From contig CP060757.1 of assembly GCA_023205875.1 (NCBI GenBank), forward strand, positions 310,001 through 374,000: a DNA stretch of 64,000 nt, in the 5' to 3' direction. The DNA comes from Chloropicon primus (lineage: Eukaryota). Under the pieces are notes generated by a model. The model was given only the letters and a program-made list of their open reading frames with translations. It was not told the DNA's origin and did no database searches. Below, piece after piece: positions 54,554 through 64,000 of this stretch (positions are counted from its first letter, which is position 1; every line of letters starts with the position of its first letter). The translations under genes and the position numbers were made by a program.

Positions 54554-56098
54554 TCAACTGAGCCGTTCCAGGTAGTGCGGAAGCCTCCCTTGCTTCTTCT
54601 TGATGTACTCCTTGTACATCTTGCTGCTGTACTGGTTCGGTATCTGCTCGCTGATCTGCGCTTCCTGGATCTCCAAGTCGGTGAGTCCGGCCTCCATGGT
54701 GCCCTTCCTGGAGTCGTCGAATATGGAGGTGTTCCAGAGGTTCTCCCTCATGAGCTGGACCTTCTTCTCCTTGTTCTTCGTCGACAGGCGCATGTCGGAC
54801 TCCCACAGGTCTGGAGGGATGTACCAAGCCCCGTACTCCGACTTGGGGGAGGGCGGAATCCTCTTGCCCCACTCCGGCCTGGACTTGCTGCTGAGGACCT
54901 CCTTCTCCTCGTCCGCGCTGGGCATCGTGTTGGAGACGAACTGCTTGTAGTAGCTGAAGGTCTTCTTCATCTCGGGCGGGAGCTGGGACTGCCCGCTGTT
55001 CGACTTGATGACGCTGAGCGGGTCAAAGCCCCGGTCGGACTTGATCAAATCGGTGAGCTTCATGTCCTGCTGAGGGTTCAAGATGCTGTTGTTCAGGCAC
55101 TCCCTCGGCAAGTCGGTCGCCAGCCGCACGGAGGCGTTGGGGCGCCAAATGATGACGGGAGACTGCGGCCTGGGGGCCGGAACGGACTTCGGGCTGATGA
55201 TCGGGTACGGTTGGCTACCCCTCCTCGGGATGTGCTCCGGCGTGATCTCCCTCTCCTTGTCCTTCTGGTGGCCCGTCGGGCTGTGAGTGGAGTGGTGGAT
55301 GCCCCCCTCCTCCCCCTCCTCCTCGTCGCTCCAAAAGCCGTCCCCCTCCTCCTTCAGGCTCTTGTCGGCCATGACCGCTGGAACCTTCTTCGGCTCGCGA
55401 TAGTTTCGGTTTCTCTTCGCGGTCAGCCCCTGAATGGTCCCCAGAGACGTTCGCCTCGCCACCTCGCGGATCTGGCGCATGTAGCGCGGGTTCTTGATCA
55501 GCTGGCTGGAGTTCTTCGCCGAGATACCGAGCGAAGCGCCCCCCGCGTGGACCGAGGGGGAGGCCTGGGGCGGCCTGCCGAATGCCTTCTCCCTGGCGCT
55601 CGGGCTCGAGTTCCGGCTGTCACCCGCGACAGGGGCCCCGTCAGCGAGGTTCTGCCCCCCTTCCGTGGCCTCCGTCCCCCTGCCGCTGCCCCCTCCCTCC
55701 GGAGTCAACCTTTGCTCCAGCATGTAGTCGCTCTGCAGCAAGACCTCCTCGCCCACTGCCTCCTCGAGCATCCTAATGATGTCCTCCTTGGGCACGGTGT
55801 CGTCCGCGAGCTCCTCCCCGAGCTGGTCCAAGAAGACGCTCTTCGTGTACTTGAAGGCCTCCGTCCGCTGACCCGCTTTTGCGGTCGGCCTCCCGGAATC
55901 CCCACCGTACTCGCCGACCCCATGGGGGCTGACCTCCCCCTCCCTCTCTCTATCCGTGCTGCCCGCCTTGGCCCCCTTTTGTACGCCGGTCGCCGCTGAG
56001 GCACCCGTGCGCTTCTGTATCGCGTCGTCCGACAAGAACCGCCATTGCGGCGTCGATATTGCCAGCGGCAGACCGGACTTCGGCACTTGCTTCTTCAT
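54554..56098 (-). CDS. Hypothetical protein (~514 aa)
   Basis: Long ATG-initiated ORF with coding-like codon use; conserved-looking C-terminus YGAWYIPPDLW...YSSKMYKEYI...RLPHYL. Confidence 0.65.
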   Translation of the reverse strand: MKKQVPKSGLPLAISTPQWRFLSDDAIQKRTGASAATGVQKGAKAGSTDREREGEVSPHGVGEYGGDSGRPTAKAGQRTEAFKYTKSVFLDQLGEELADDTVPKEDIIRMLEEAVGEEVLLQSDYMLEQRLTPEGGGSGRGTEATEGGQNLADGAPVAGDSRNSSPSAREKAFGRPPQASPSVHAGGASLGISAKNSSQLIKNPRYMRQIREVARRTSLGTIQGLTAKRNRNYREPKKVPAVMADKSLKEEGDGFWSDEEEGEEGGIHHSTHSPTGHQKDKEREITPEHIPRRGSQPYPIISPKSVPAPRPQSPVIIWRPNASVRLATDLPRECLNNSILNPQQDMKLTDLIKSDRGFDPLSVIKSNSGQSQLPPEMKKTFSYYKQFVSNTMPSADEEKEVLSSKSRPEWGKRIPPSPKSEYGAWYIPPDLWESDMRLSTKNKEKKVQLMRENLWNTSIFDDSRKGTMEAGLTDLEIQEAQISEQIPNQYSSKMYKEYIKKKQGRLPHYLERLS

Positions 56099-56215
56099 GC
56101 CTTCCTCCGCTCCACACAGACTCCCACAGACCAGACCAGACTTCACAACGAACGCCCGCCCCGTCGATTTTTTTTCGGTCAAAACCACAACCCCCGAATT
56201 TCCGTGGCCGAAATT

Positions 56216-59200
56216 TCAAGAGTTGTCCGAGAGAGCAAGAGTGGTCCGAGAGATGCTTGCTGCCCTGTGAAGGATCTTGTCCGGCAAGCCGGCTCTCTTC
56301 GCGAGGGCGACGCCGCAGCTGCCGTGGGGCGCCACGCCCCTCGCGAGCTTGAACGCGGGGGCGACCTCCGAGGGGGCTCCCCCGCCGCCTTCGCCCTCGT
56401 CCTGGAATTGCAGCTGCATGTGGCCCAGCTGCAGGGGGGGCTGGCAGAGCGCCTGGTAGTGCGTCGCGAAGAGAGCGCAGCACCTGACCCTGCGGACCAG
56501 GTACTGCAAGACGGCGTGGGCGATTGCCGTGCCGTCAAAAGTGCTCGTTCCCCTCCCCAGCTCATCGAGGAGGACGAGGCTCCTGCTGGTGGCGTGATTC
56601 AGGACCACGGACGTGTCCTGCAGCTCCACGAGGAAGGTGCTCATTCCCTCGATCATCCGGTCCTCCGCGCCCATTCTCGTGAAAACGCGGTCAAAGATCG
56701 TGTGCCTCATGTCCCTCGCGGGCACGTAGCAGCCGATCTGGGACATGACTGCGCACACCGCCGAGAGCCTCAGGAGGGTGGACTTGCCTCCCATGTTTGG
56801 CCCCGTGAGGAGCATGATTTCCGATCCCAGCCCCGCCCCGCCGAGTCTGATGGTGTTGTGCACGATCTCCTCCGGAGTCAAGTAGCAGGACAGGAGCGGG
56901 TGCCAGGCGTCGGTGATGCTCAGCTCTGGCCGGCCCGAAAGAAACTTTGGCCGGGAGAACAAGGACCTCGACTCGTTGATCCTCCTGCCGAATCCGATCA
57001 GCACGTCCAGGGTCGCGGCCGCACGGACGAGTTCCACCCAGATCGCGCGACAGCCCAAGACCTTGCCACGCACGCCGTGAAGGAAGGAGACCAAGGCCGT
57101 CTTTCGAGCCGCCAGCGCCTCCTCGATCTCCAATTCCTTCTCCGGGCCCTTGTCGAGCGACGCACACAAGGCTTGCACCTCCCTGTCGGCCTCGTCGTAG
57201 GCGGGACACACCCCGGGAGAGGGCGCGAACTCGTCAGTTTTGCGCACGAAATTCTCGGGGCGAAGGACGGAGAGCAGATCTCCGAGGGGCTGGCTGGCCC
57301 TGGCGGCAGCTTCCGCGAACCAGCTCACCAGTGGCGTCTGGCCAGGCGCCTTCGGCGTGGCACATCGAATCTGCTCCAAAAGCGTCGAAGACGCGTCGAT
57401 CAATGCGCCCAGGCCTTCCAGGAGCTGCATGACGGGAGAGATCTGGCCCTGAGTCGTATCGACGCCGAGGTCGGGGGTGGCCACCACGCACCCGGTCCTT
57501 GGCTCCGCTATCCTGTCCGCGCCCGTGCCTGCACCATCCTCCGACCCGTAGCAGGACAGGATCCGCAGGCATCGAGGAACGAGTCGCTCGAAATCGGGAG
57601 TGTCCTCGATCTGGCTCTGGAACGCTTCGCAGAAGACGGGGTTCTTGGACAAGAACTCCGTGGTGTCCAGCCTGTCCTCGATCTCAGCGACGTTCAGAAG
57701 CGGGTGGGCGATCCACTTGGCCAGGAGCCTCTGGCCAGCTGGCGAGGAAGTCTTGTCCAGGTAGTGAAACAGCGAACCCGCCACGCCTCCCGTCGACCCG
57801 CGCAGGAGCTCCAAGTGGCGCAGGGCCCTGTCGTCCAGGAACATGGTGTCCGACCTGTAGTGTGATCCGCTCTTCCCGGGGAGAGGAAGCTCGGAGAAGA
57901 CGCACGAGGGCAGAAGGGTGCGGGCGATGTTCAAATCCTCGAGGTACCGCACGCAAACGAGCAGGGAGGCCGTGGCCAGCGGGCTCGCCGAATTCTCCCT
58001 GACCGATGAGGAGGACCCCGCTTCCCCGCCAAAGTACGTGTCCGAGAGCTTCCCGGAGATGGAGAGCGACAGCTTGCGCCTCTCGTCGGCGTCAGAGGCC
58101 CCGCAAAGCAAGTGAACATAATTCTTCTTGTCTCGGGGGAGGGGCGTGATGGCAATGTTCCCCCCGCCCCGAGACGCGCACCACGCCTTTCGACTCCTCA
58201 GGATCTTTGCGGACATTTGCTTCAGGTTCCCCTGCTCGAACGCAATCTCCGAGGGACTCGATTCTGCCATCATGGACTTGAGCAAGGTCCTCTGCGCGTC
58301 GTCCACAAACTCTCCGAAAGAGACTCTGGCGGTCAGGACATCCATGATGCAAACTCCGTACGCGTCCCTCACCTCGTCCTCCACGAGGCAAAACAGAGGG
58401 GCGCTGGAGCTCCCGCGGTCGAACGCCTCCCTCGTCGCGGTCCCCGGGGTGAGGACTTCCACCAGCTCCCTTCTCAAAATTTTGCCCTTCCCCTTGCTGC
58501 ATGCCATCTCCTCCACGCGGCCCACGCAGAGCCCCAGGCCAAGCACCCGCGCGGCCCAGTGATCGAAGGAAGTCTTGGTGCACCCGCACTTCCACATGTT
58601 GGTGGCCCTCCTGCCGCTCAGGTTGAGCCCCACGCTCATCCCGATGTCGCAGTCCACGTCAAAGAGGTTGTAAAAGCTTCCGTGGCGCACGAAGAGGACC
58701 AGGTCCATCCTTTGGCTCTTGATCGTCCAGAACTGCCTCTCGAAGTGGGTCATCCTCTTCAGGTCGAGCGCAGGAATGTGGATCGTCGAGGGGTCGTACC
58801 CAGGATCGCAAGGCCTCCGGCCCCGGACGTCTCGACGGGCGCTTCCTTCGATCCAGGGGTACCTCTGCTGCCCGTCGGAAGGCGCCGGGCCGCAGCCCAG
58901 GCCATCTGATCGATCGAGGGCGGCGGTGAGCTTCCTCTTGCGATCACCGACCACGGGCGCACCGGGTTGCCCGGCGGGGCTCAAGCGGCGGCCGCAGTCG
59001 AAGGCCGCGAGGCGAGGGGGCGAGCCCGAGGAGCCCAAGGGGGAGGAAGATCGCCTCGGGCCTCCCGCCAGGTCGACGGTCAAGCCGTCGAGGCTGCTCG
59101 CCCCCGAGTCCTGGGACACCTGCACCGCCGCCTTTGGCTCGGTCCCCCTCTTGTCGCTCCAGATCGATCCCCCGAGGAGGTACCCGCTCCAGTCCTGCTG

Positions 59201-59371
59201 CGACGACCCCACCGGGCCGAGCAAGGCCTCGAGCGCCGACGACGCCTCTTGGTCGCACGCTCTCTTGTACCACGCGGACAACCCCTCCGGCTCCGGCTCC
59301 CCCATCCTCCCCCTTCCTTCCCTGCCCTGCGCGCGTCCGCCGCCGTCCGCCAGCCCGTCAAAGCCACCCAT
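56216..59371 (-). CDS. MutS homolog of the MSH6/MSH7 group, lacking the clamp domain
   Basis: YDPSTIHIP...FERQFWTIKS (domain I), LLTGPNMGGKSTLLR, STFLVEL, LLDELGRGTSTFDG, LFATHY and C-terminal HTH. Confidence 0.9.
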   Translation of the reverse strand: MGGFDGLADGGGRAQGREGRGRMGEPEPEGLSAWYKRACDQEASSALEALLGPVGSSQQDWSGYLLGGSIWSDKRGTEPKAAVQVSQDSGASSLDGLTVDLAGGPRRSSSPLGSSGSPPRLAAFDCGRRLSPAGQPGAPVVGDRKRKLTAALDRSDGLGCGPAPSDGQQRYPWIEGSARRDVRGRRPCDPGYDPSTIHIPALDLKRMTHFERQFWTIKSQRMDLVLFVRHGSFYNLFDVDCDIGMSVGLNLSGRRATNMWKCGCTKTSFDHWAARVLGLGLCVGRVEEMACSKGKGKILRRELVEVLTPGTATREAFDRGSSSAPLFCLVEDEVRDAYGVCIMDVLTARVSFGEFVDDAQRTLLKSMMAESSPSEIAFEQGNLKQMSAKILRSRKAWCASRGGGNIAITPLPRDKKNYVHLLCGASDADERRKLSLSISGKLSDTYFGGEAGSSSSVRENSASPLATASLLVCVRYLEDLNIARTLLPSCVFSELPLPGKSGSHYRSDTMFLDDRALRHLELLRGSTGGVAGSLFHYLDKTSSPAGQRLLAKWIAHPLLNVAEIEDRLDTTEFLSKNPVFCEAFQSQIEDTPDFERLVPRCLRILSCYGSEDGAGTGADRIAEPRTGCVVATPDLGVDTTQGQISPVMQLLEGLGALIDASSTLLEQIRCATPKAPGQTPLVSWFAEAAARASQPLGDLLSVLRPENFVRKTDEFAPSPGVCPAYDEADREVQALCASLDKGPEKELEIEEALAARKTALVSFLHGVRGKVLGCRAIWVELVRAAATLDVLIGFGRRINESRSLFSRPKFLSGRPELSITDAWHPLLSCYLTPEEIVHNTIRLGGAGLGSEIMLLTGPNMGGKSTLLRLSAVCAVMSQIGCYVPARDMRHTIFDRVFTRMGAEDRMIEGMSTFLVELQDTSVVLNHATSRSLVLLDELGRGTSTFDGTAIAHAVLQYLVRRVRCCALFATHYQALCQPPLQLGHMQLQFQDEGEGGGGAPSEVAPAFKLARGVAPHGSCGVALAKRAGLPDKILHRAASISRTTLALSDNS

Positions 59372-59373
59372 CG

Positions 59374-59612
59374 CTCGATCGCTCGATCCGATCGATCCGA
59401 TCGATCCGATCGATCGCGCGTTGTCAAGCAAGCTTTGTGTCAAGCCCCTCCTCTCCTCCCTCGTCAATCGATCGATCCGATCGATCCGATCGATCGCGCG
59501 TTGTCAAGCAAGCTTTGTGTCAAGCCCCTCCTCTCCTCCCTCGTCGATCGATCGCGCGTTGTCAAGCAAGCTTTGTGTCAAGCCCCTCCTCTCCTCCCTC
59601 GTCGATCGATCG
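59374..59612. repeat. Three-copy tandem repeat with GATC-rich linkers
   Basis: atcgcgcgttgtcaagcaagctttgtgtcaagcccctcctctcctccctcgtc occurs three times (ttgtc at 59421, 59501, 59559), separated by (GATC/GATCC)n. Confidence 0.95.
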
Positions 59613-59905
59613 TCGCTGATGCGTAACCGCAGCCAAAGCCATCTCAATCCAGAAAAAAGAAAAAAGAAAGAAAAAAAAGGCAGCGGAGAGGACACCAGGG
59701 GACAACACGAAGGTAAGGAGTTTGCGGAGAGGGGGGACTTTGGTTCCCTTCGGTGTCTTGTCGACCCTCGGACTGGTTTTTATTCACAACGCAACGACGC
59801 TTTGCTTTTTTTGGTTTTTGCAGCGGGAAGAAGAAGAGGACATCAAGGGACAACACGAAGGGTTGGGGTCCACGACGAGCAAGGAAGGCGGGAAGAGGTT
59901 ACACG

Positions 59906-62458
59906 ATGGCCGTGGCCCAAGTCGCGATCTTGGCCGTCTTTATTGTTTTGGCCTTGGTGCCCACGGCAAGCGAAGCCGTCAACTGCGGCGTCCATGGTAA
60001 ACCTGATGCGAAGAACGAGACTTGCGTGTGCGAGAACGCGGAGCCCAAGAGCGGGGAGCAGGGGTGGACCGGGGAGCATTGCGACTACCCTCTGTTCGGC
60101 GTGACCCTGAGCGCCGACAAGCCGGTGACTGACTGGTGCGCCGACCTCGGGTGCAACAACATCACGAGGGGGGAGAAGAAGTGTTTCTTGGCCCAGACCC
60201 CGTGGAAGCCTGCGAGGTGGGAGGACCCCAATGACCCGGGAAGGTGGAAGTACCTCGCGTTCTTCCTCGAGAGGACCAGCTCCAAGGGAGATCCGGACTT
60301 GTACGGAATGTTCACCAACGACGTGAACGCCCGCAGGCCCGCGAAGAACCACATCAACTACGACTTCAGAGAGACCAGCTCCGTCAACGCAAAGTCGACC
60401 TTGGTCGTCGAGAAGGATGACATCGGGAGGGACAAGGATTACAACATGACTTTCGTCTGCATCGACACGTGGTCCTCCCAGAACGCGACTTTCTCCATGC
60501 TGATGTACACCTCGGAGTGCCCAGCGAACTACGACCAGACGGGCGTCTTGAACGTGTGCTCCTCTCCCACGAACGCGACGGAGGACGACAGGAGGTACAC
60601 CAAGTGCACGGCGGGACTGTGCGAGTGCAAGAAGGAGTACGCGGTCCCGACCACGCCGGAAGGAACCCCGATCGACGTGTACCCAGAGCTCGGGTTCGAC
60701 AAGTGCGCGGCCCAGGTCAAGCCCCTCGACTCTTTCCAGAAAAAGAACCAGATGCAGGACAGCATGGTGATCCAGAACGAGGTCATCGGCATCAGCAGCT
60801 GGAACTTCTACCCCCTGAACATCACCAACTCCACTTGGGAGACCGTCGTCACCGTGGAGTGTGACAACTGTGGCGAGAACGTGAGCCCCGGGGGCTACAA
60901 GTACATGTCCTCGTACCCGATCCTGACCATGAAGTACGGGGCGCCACCGGGCATGACTTGGAAGGACGGGGCGTACGAGTACGACATCAGGAGCTACTCC
61001 ACCACGGGCGACGAGACGATTAGCCTGACGAAGGACAGCTCCAAGTACAGGGAAGGGTTGTGGTTCGTGGGCGTCCACTCGAGCTACTCTGCGAGTGAGG
61101 ACATTACCTACACGCTTTCCATCGACAGGAACACCTGCCCGAACGGCTGCAGCGGGAGGGGAACCAAGTGCAACATCGACGTCAACGACACCAGGACGTG
61201 CGAGTGCGAGAAGGGCTACTTCAAGGACGATTGCTCCGCGGAGGCGAAGCCTCTTGCTTACGACACCCCGATGATCGACGTCATTGAGGACTCGTACTAC
61301 GAGTACTTCCAGCTGCCCACGATCTCCGCCAAGCAGGCCTCGAGGAACATCGACATCAAGCTGAGGGCCTCTTACACCGGTTACGATTGCCCATCCCACT
61401 GGTCGAGCTGCCACCCTTCCCTCTTGGTGAAGAAGGGCGGCGGTACCGAGTACCCAGAGATGGAGAGCTACACGTTCAAGCAGGAGCTCCTGCAGGAGAA
61501 CGGCACGGACGAGATCTTGATCTGCTCTTCCCAGCTCGCGGACGGCGTGTGGAGGGGCGCAATCTACAACCCAAGGAAGTGGATCCCGATCAACTACACC
61601 GTCGAGGTCATCAAGGACTCCCACTGCCTGAACAATTGCTCCGGCAGGGGCGACTGCGTGGACGGAATCTGCCAGTGCCAGCACCACTACGGCGGCGGGG
61701 ACTGCTCTGTCTCCACGTCTTGCATGGCGGGAGACAGGAAGGCGAACCAGAGGACGAACGGAGTGTGCTGGGAGGAGTGCCAGTGCGAGACGAGGGGCGA
61801 CGTGACCACCTGCGCTTTTGACAACACCTGCGTCAGCTTCGACTGCAACCCTCCGCTGAGGTGGACAGGGGTCGGGGACGAGTGCATCGCGGACGAGTGC
61901 CAGTACGACCACCTTTTCGTGAGCGACCAGGAGAATTACTCTTGCCTCAAGAGGTGCAGATGCGCGGGGGGCAAGGCCTGCACGCTGGACAAGGAGTGCG
62001 ACCCGAGCACCGTGACCTGCATCACGCCTTACAGAAAGGATCCCATCACCGGGCAGTGCATGTTGGAGGGCTGCGCCAAGGGCACCGTGCAGTTGAACAC
62101 GTTGAACCCCGTCGAGAACGGCAAGTGCTTCATGGACTGCAAGTGCAACAACTTCAATCCAAAGGCCGATCAAAGGTGCGCTTACAACGAGGCCGGGCTT
62201 TGCAGCCACATCTCCTGCGACACAGGTTACACTTTGGTGAAGGCCACCAAGAAGGACCCGGTCAGCGTCCAGGAATCGGGTGGGAAGTGCGTCCTCGAGA
62301 AGAAGCCTGCAAGCAAAGCCGGAATGACCGCAGGGGTGAGCATCACCATGCTCATCATTGGAATTGCAGCCGGAGGAGGGTTGATGTTCTTCTTCGAGAA
62401 GAGATTCCAGAAAAAGGTCCGCATCGCGGGATACTCGAATTTTGGGGACGACATCTAA
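59906..62458 (+). CDS. Type I membrane protein with EGF-like (tenascin-type) and other Cys-rich repeats
   Basis: Signal peptide MAVAQVAILAVFIVLALV; CPNGCSGRG.C...C.C..GY...DC and CLNNCSGRGDCVDGICQC...YGGGDC; TM segment near the C-terminus; short tail with YSNF. Confidence 0.8.
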   Translation: MAVAQVAILAVFIVLALVPTASEAVNCGVHGKPDAKNETCVCENAEPKSGEQGWTGEHCDYPLFGVTLSADKPVTDWCADLGCNNITRGEKKCFLAQTPWKPARWEDPNDPGRWKYLAFFLERTSSKGDPDLYGMFTNDVNARRPAKNHINYDFRETSSVNAKSTLVVEKDDIGRDKDYNMTFVCIDTWSSQNATFSMLMYTSECPANYDQTGVLNVCSSPTNATEDDRRYTKCTAGLCECKKEYAVPTTPEGTPIDVYPELGFDKCAAQVKPLDSFQKKNQMQDSMVIQNEVIGISSWNFYPLNITNSTWETVVTVECDNCGENVSPGGYKYMSSYPILTMKYGAPPGMTWKDGAYEYDIRSYSTTGDETISLTKDSSKYREGLWFVGVHSSYSASEDITYTLSIDRNTCPNGCSGRGTKCNIDVNDTRTCECEKGYFKDDCSAEAKPLAYDTPMIDVIEDSYYEYFQLPTISAKQASRNIDIKLRASYTGYDCPSHWSSCHPSLLVKKGGGTEYPEMESYTFKQELLQENGTDEILICSSQLADGVWRGAIYNPRKWIPINYTVEVIKDSHCLNNCSGRGDCVDGICQCQHHYGGGDCSVSTSCMAGDRKANQRTNGVCWEECQCETRGDVTTCAFDNTCVSFDCNPPLRWTGVGDECIADECQYDHLFVSDQENYSCLKRCRCAGGKACTLDKECDPSTVTCITPYRKDPITGQCMLEGCAKGTVQLNTLNPVENGKCFMDCKCNNFNPKADQRCAYNEAGLCSHISCDTGYTLVKATKKDPVSVQESGGKCVLEKKPASKAGMTAGVSITMLIIGIAAGGGLMFFFEKRFQKKVRIAGYSNFGDDI

Positions 62459-62537
62459 GCCTATTTTTTCACACAAATTTATGTACTTACACACTTACCC
62501 TTTTTCCAATCGATTCTATTTTGCTCTTGCTCGGGAC

Positions 62538-64000
62538 TCAGAAAGGCAGAGAGGTGTGGGTGTACTCAATGTCCTGGTCCTTGTTCACAATGTTTCCGCT
62601 TCCTCTCATCAGCCACCGCGTCGTCAGGAGGCCGTCCACGCCCACCGGGCCCCTCGCATGAATCCTGCTGGTGCTGATGCCGACCTGTCGAAGGAAATAG
62701 AAATCAAAGTCAATCAGCACGGACCCCCCTTGCGCAAGGGAGGGCAGAAACTGCCGCTCGGTCGCAGAGCACGGAGTTGACCTCAAAGGTAGTGACAAAA
62801 TCCTGGATATTTTTCATCTTTGTGATCAAATGCATAACGCAAAAGGAAATTCTATCATCGGCCGCGCTCCGTGCTCCCTGTCTTCCCTCACCCCACTCTC
62901 TTCTTTCGGTGACTCACCTCGGCGCCCAGGCCATACCTGAACCCGTCCGAGAAGCGGGTCGAGGCGTTGTGATGCACGCACCTGTGCGGTCGAAGCGCAA
63001 GGAAACAAGAATGGTTTCGAGTCAGAGAGGTCTTGGTCGGAATTTGGCGATATCGCGCGCGCGCGCGAGAGAGAGAGAGAGAGTCTCAAAAGGTCCACTT
63101 ACGCGCTGTCCACCCTCTTCAGGAAATCGTCCGCGGCGCTCTGACTTTCCGTGATGATGCACTCCGTGTGGCCACTTCCGTTGCCGTGGATGAAGTCGAT
63201 GGCCTCTTGCTGAGACTCCACAATTTCCACGGTTACTTCCAGATCACCGTACTCGTGCTTTGGCTTTGGTGCAGGCGGCAAACCCAGTTCCTTTGCTGCC
63301 TTTGGCCCCCCGTTCACCTTGACCCCCTCGCTTCTCAAAGCCGCCAACGATTTTGCGACCACCGAAGAGTCGCCCCCCTCGGTGCACCCCCTGTGGAACA
63401 GCACCGTCTCCGCAGCGTTGCAGGCGGCCGGGTAGTCCACCTTGCTGTCCACCACGATCTTCAAAACCTTGCTCAAGTCCGCCTCCTTGTCCACGTAAAT
63501 GTGGCAGACACCGTCGGCGTGCCCGAGCACGGGTATTTTCGTGTTGCTCTGAATGTACGTCACGAGCTGGTTCGAGCCCCTTGGGATCACCAAGTCGATC
63601 AAGTGGTTCATGCTCAGGAGGTCCTTGATCTCGTCCCTCGAGGTCACGAGGCCCACGAGGGAGCGGGGCAAGCCAGCCCTCTCGATGGCGTCCGCGACGA
63701 CCGAGTGGATGACCTTGTTCGAGTGGGCGGCCTCCTTTCCACCCTTGAGGAGGAGCCCGTTCCCGCTCCTGATCGAGAGGGCCGCAATCTGAGGGAGGGC
63801 GTCCGGCCTCGCCTCGAAAATGATCAAGAGAACCCCGAGCGGCGCGGACACTTGCTCCAGCTGCAGGCCCTCTGCGACCTGCGTCCGCCTCAGCACCCTG
63901 CCGACCGGGTCGCCGCTCTCCGCTAGCGACCTTATGCCCTTCGCGAGCTGCGCTATCTTCCCGTCCTTCAGCTTAAGGCGCTGCAGAGTCGCTGGAAGGA
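62538..64000 (-). CDS. Gamma-glutamyl phosphate reductase domain (P5CS/ProA), 5' part outside the window; introns 62685-62917 and 62982-63102
   Basis: PLGVLLIIFEARP, LLKGGKEA, DLVIPRGS, PVLGHADGVCH, DYPAACNAAET, DSA|CVHHNASTRFSDGFRYGLGAE|VGISTSRIHARGPVG. Confidence 0.95.
62779..62863 (-). ncRNA. Intronic box C/D snoRNA, predicted guide for 18S rRNA 2'-O-methylation
   Basis: Minus strand GGCC-g-ATGATAG (C box)...TTGA (D')...GATGAA (C')...TTGTCACTACCT-TTGA (D box)-GGTC. The 12-nt guide is antisense to the conserved 18S AGGUAGUGACAA. Terminal stem present, plus an outer 10-bp inverted repeat. Confidence 0.8.

Noticed and set aside
59374..59612. Repeat array as CRISPR
   Set aside because: Eukaryotic context, linkers are GATC low-complexity rather than unique spacers, and there are no cas genes.
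59688..59861. Imperfect 26-bp direct repeat (gaggaca.ca.gggacaacacgaagg) on either side of a probable 5' UTR intron
   Set aside because: Only two short imperfect copies; too little to call a target-site duplication or an intron-generating element.

Overview
Gene-dense eukaryotic nuclear DNA from a compact green alga. The evidence is GT-AG introns with CTGAC branch motifs, TGTAA polyadenylation signals, plastid-targeted genes (IspE, NTT, uL10c, RSH1) and few introns overall. The style resembles a Chloropicon-like picochlorophyte, but that is inference. About 30 protein genes are present, from a partial adrenodoxin reductase at the left edge to a partial gamma-glutamyl phosphate reductase/P5CS at the right edge. 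The most notable observations are: (1) an intronic box C/D snoRNA with a 12-nt antisense match to 18S rRNA, compensatory C/D box changes and a flanking 10-bp inverted repeat; (2) a decaying PHD + CDCA7-type (zf-4CXXC_R1) gene with two stops and a frameshift; (3) a single-ORF 3,634-aa secreted LamG/IPT/filamin/DUF2341/split-Kelch protein; (4) a clamp-less MSH6/MSH7-like MutS with F-x-N in place of F-x-E; (5) REC8-like and SF-assemblin genes hinting at sexual or flagellate stages; (6) promoter-localised tandem duplications and GATC arrays. I see no transposon, CRISPR array, tRNA or rRNA. All family assignments come from motif recognition, not database searches.
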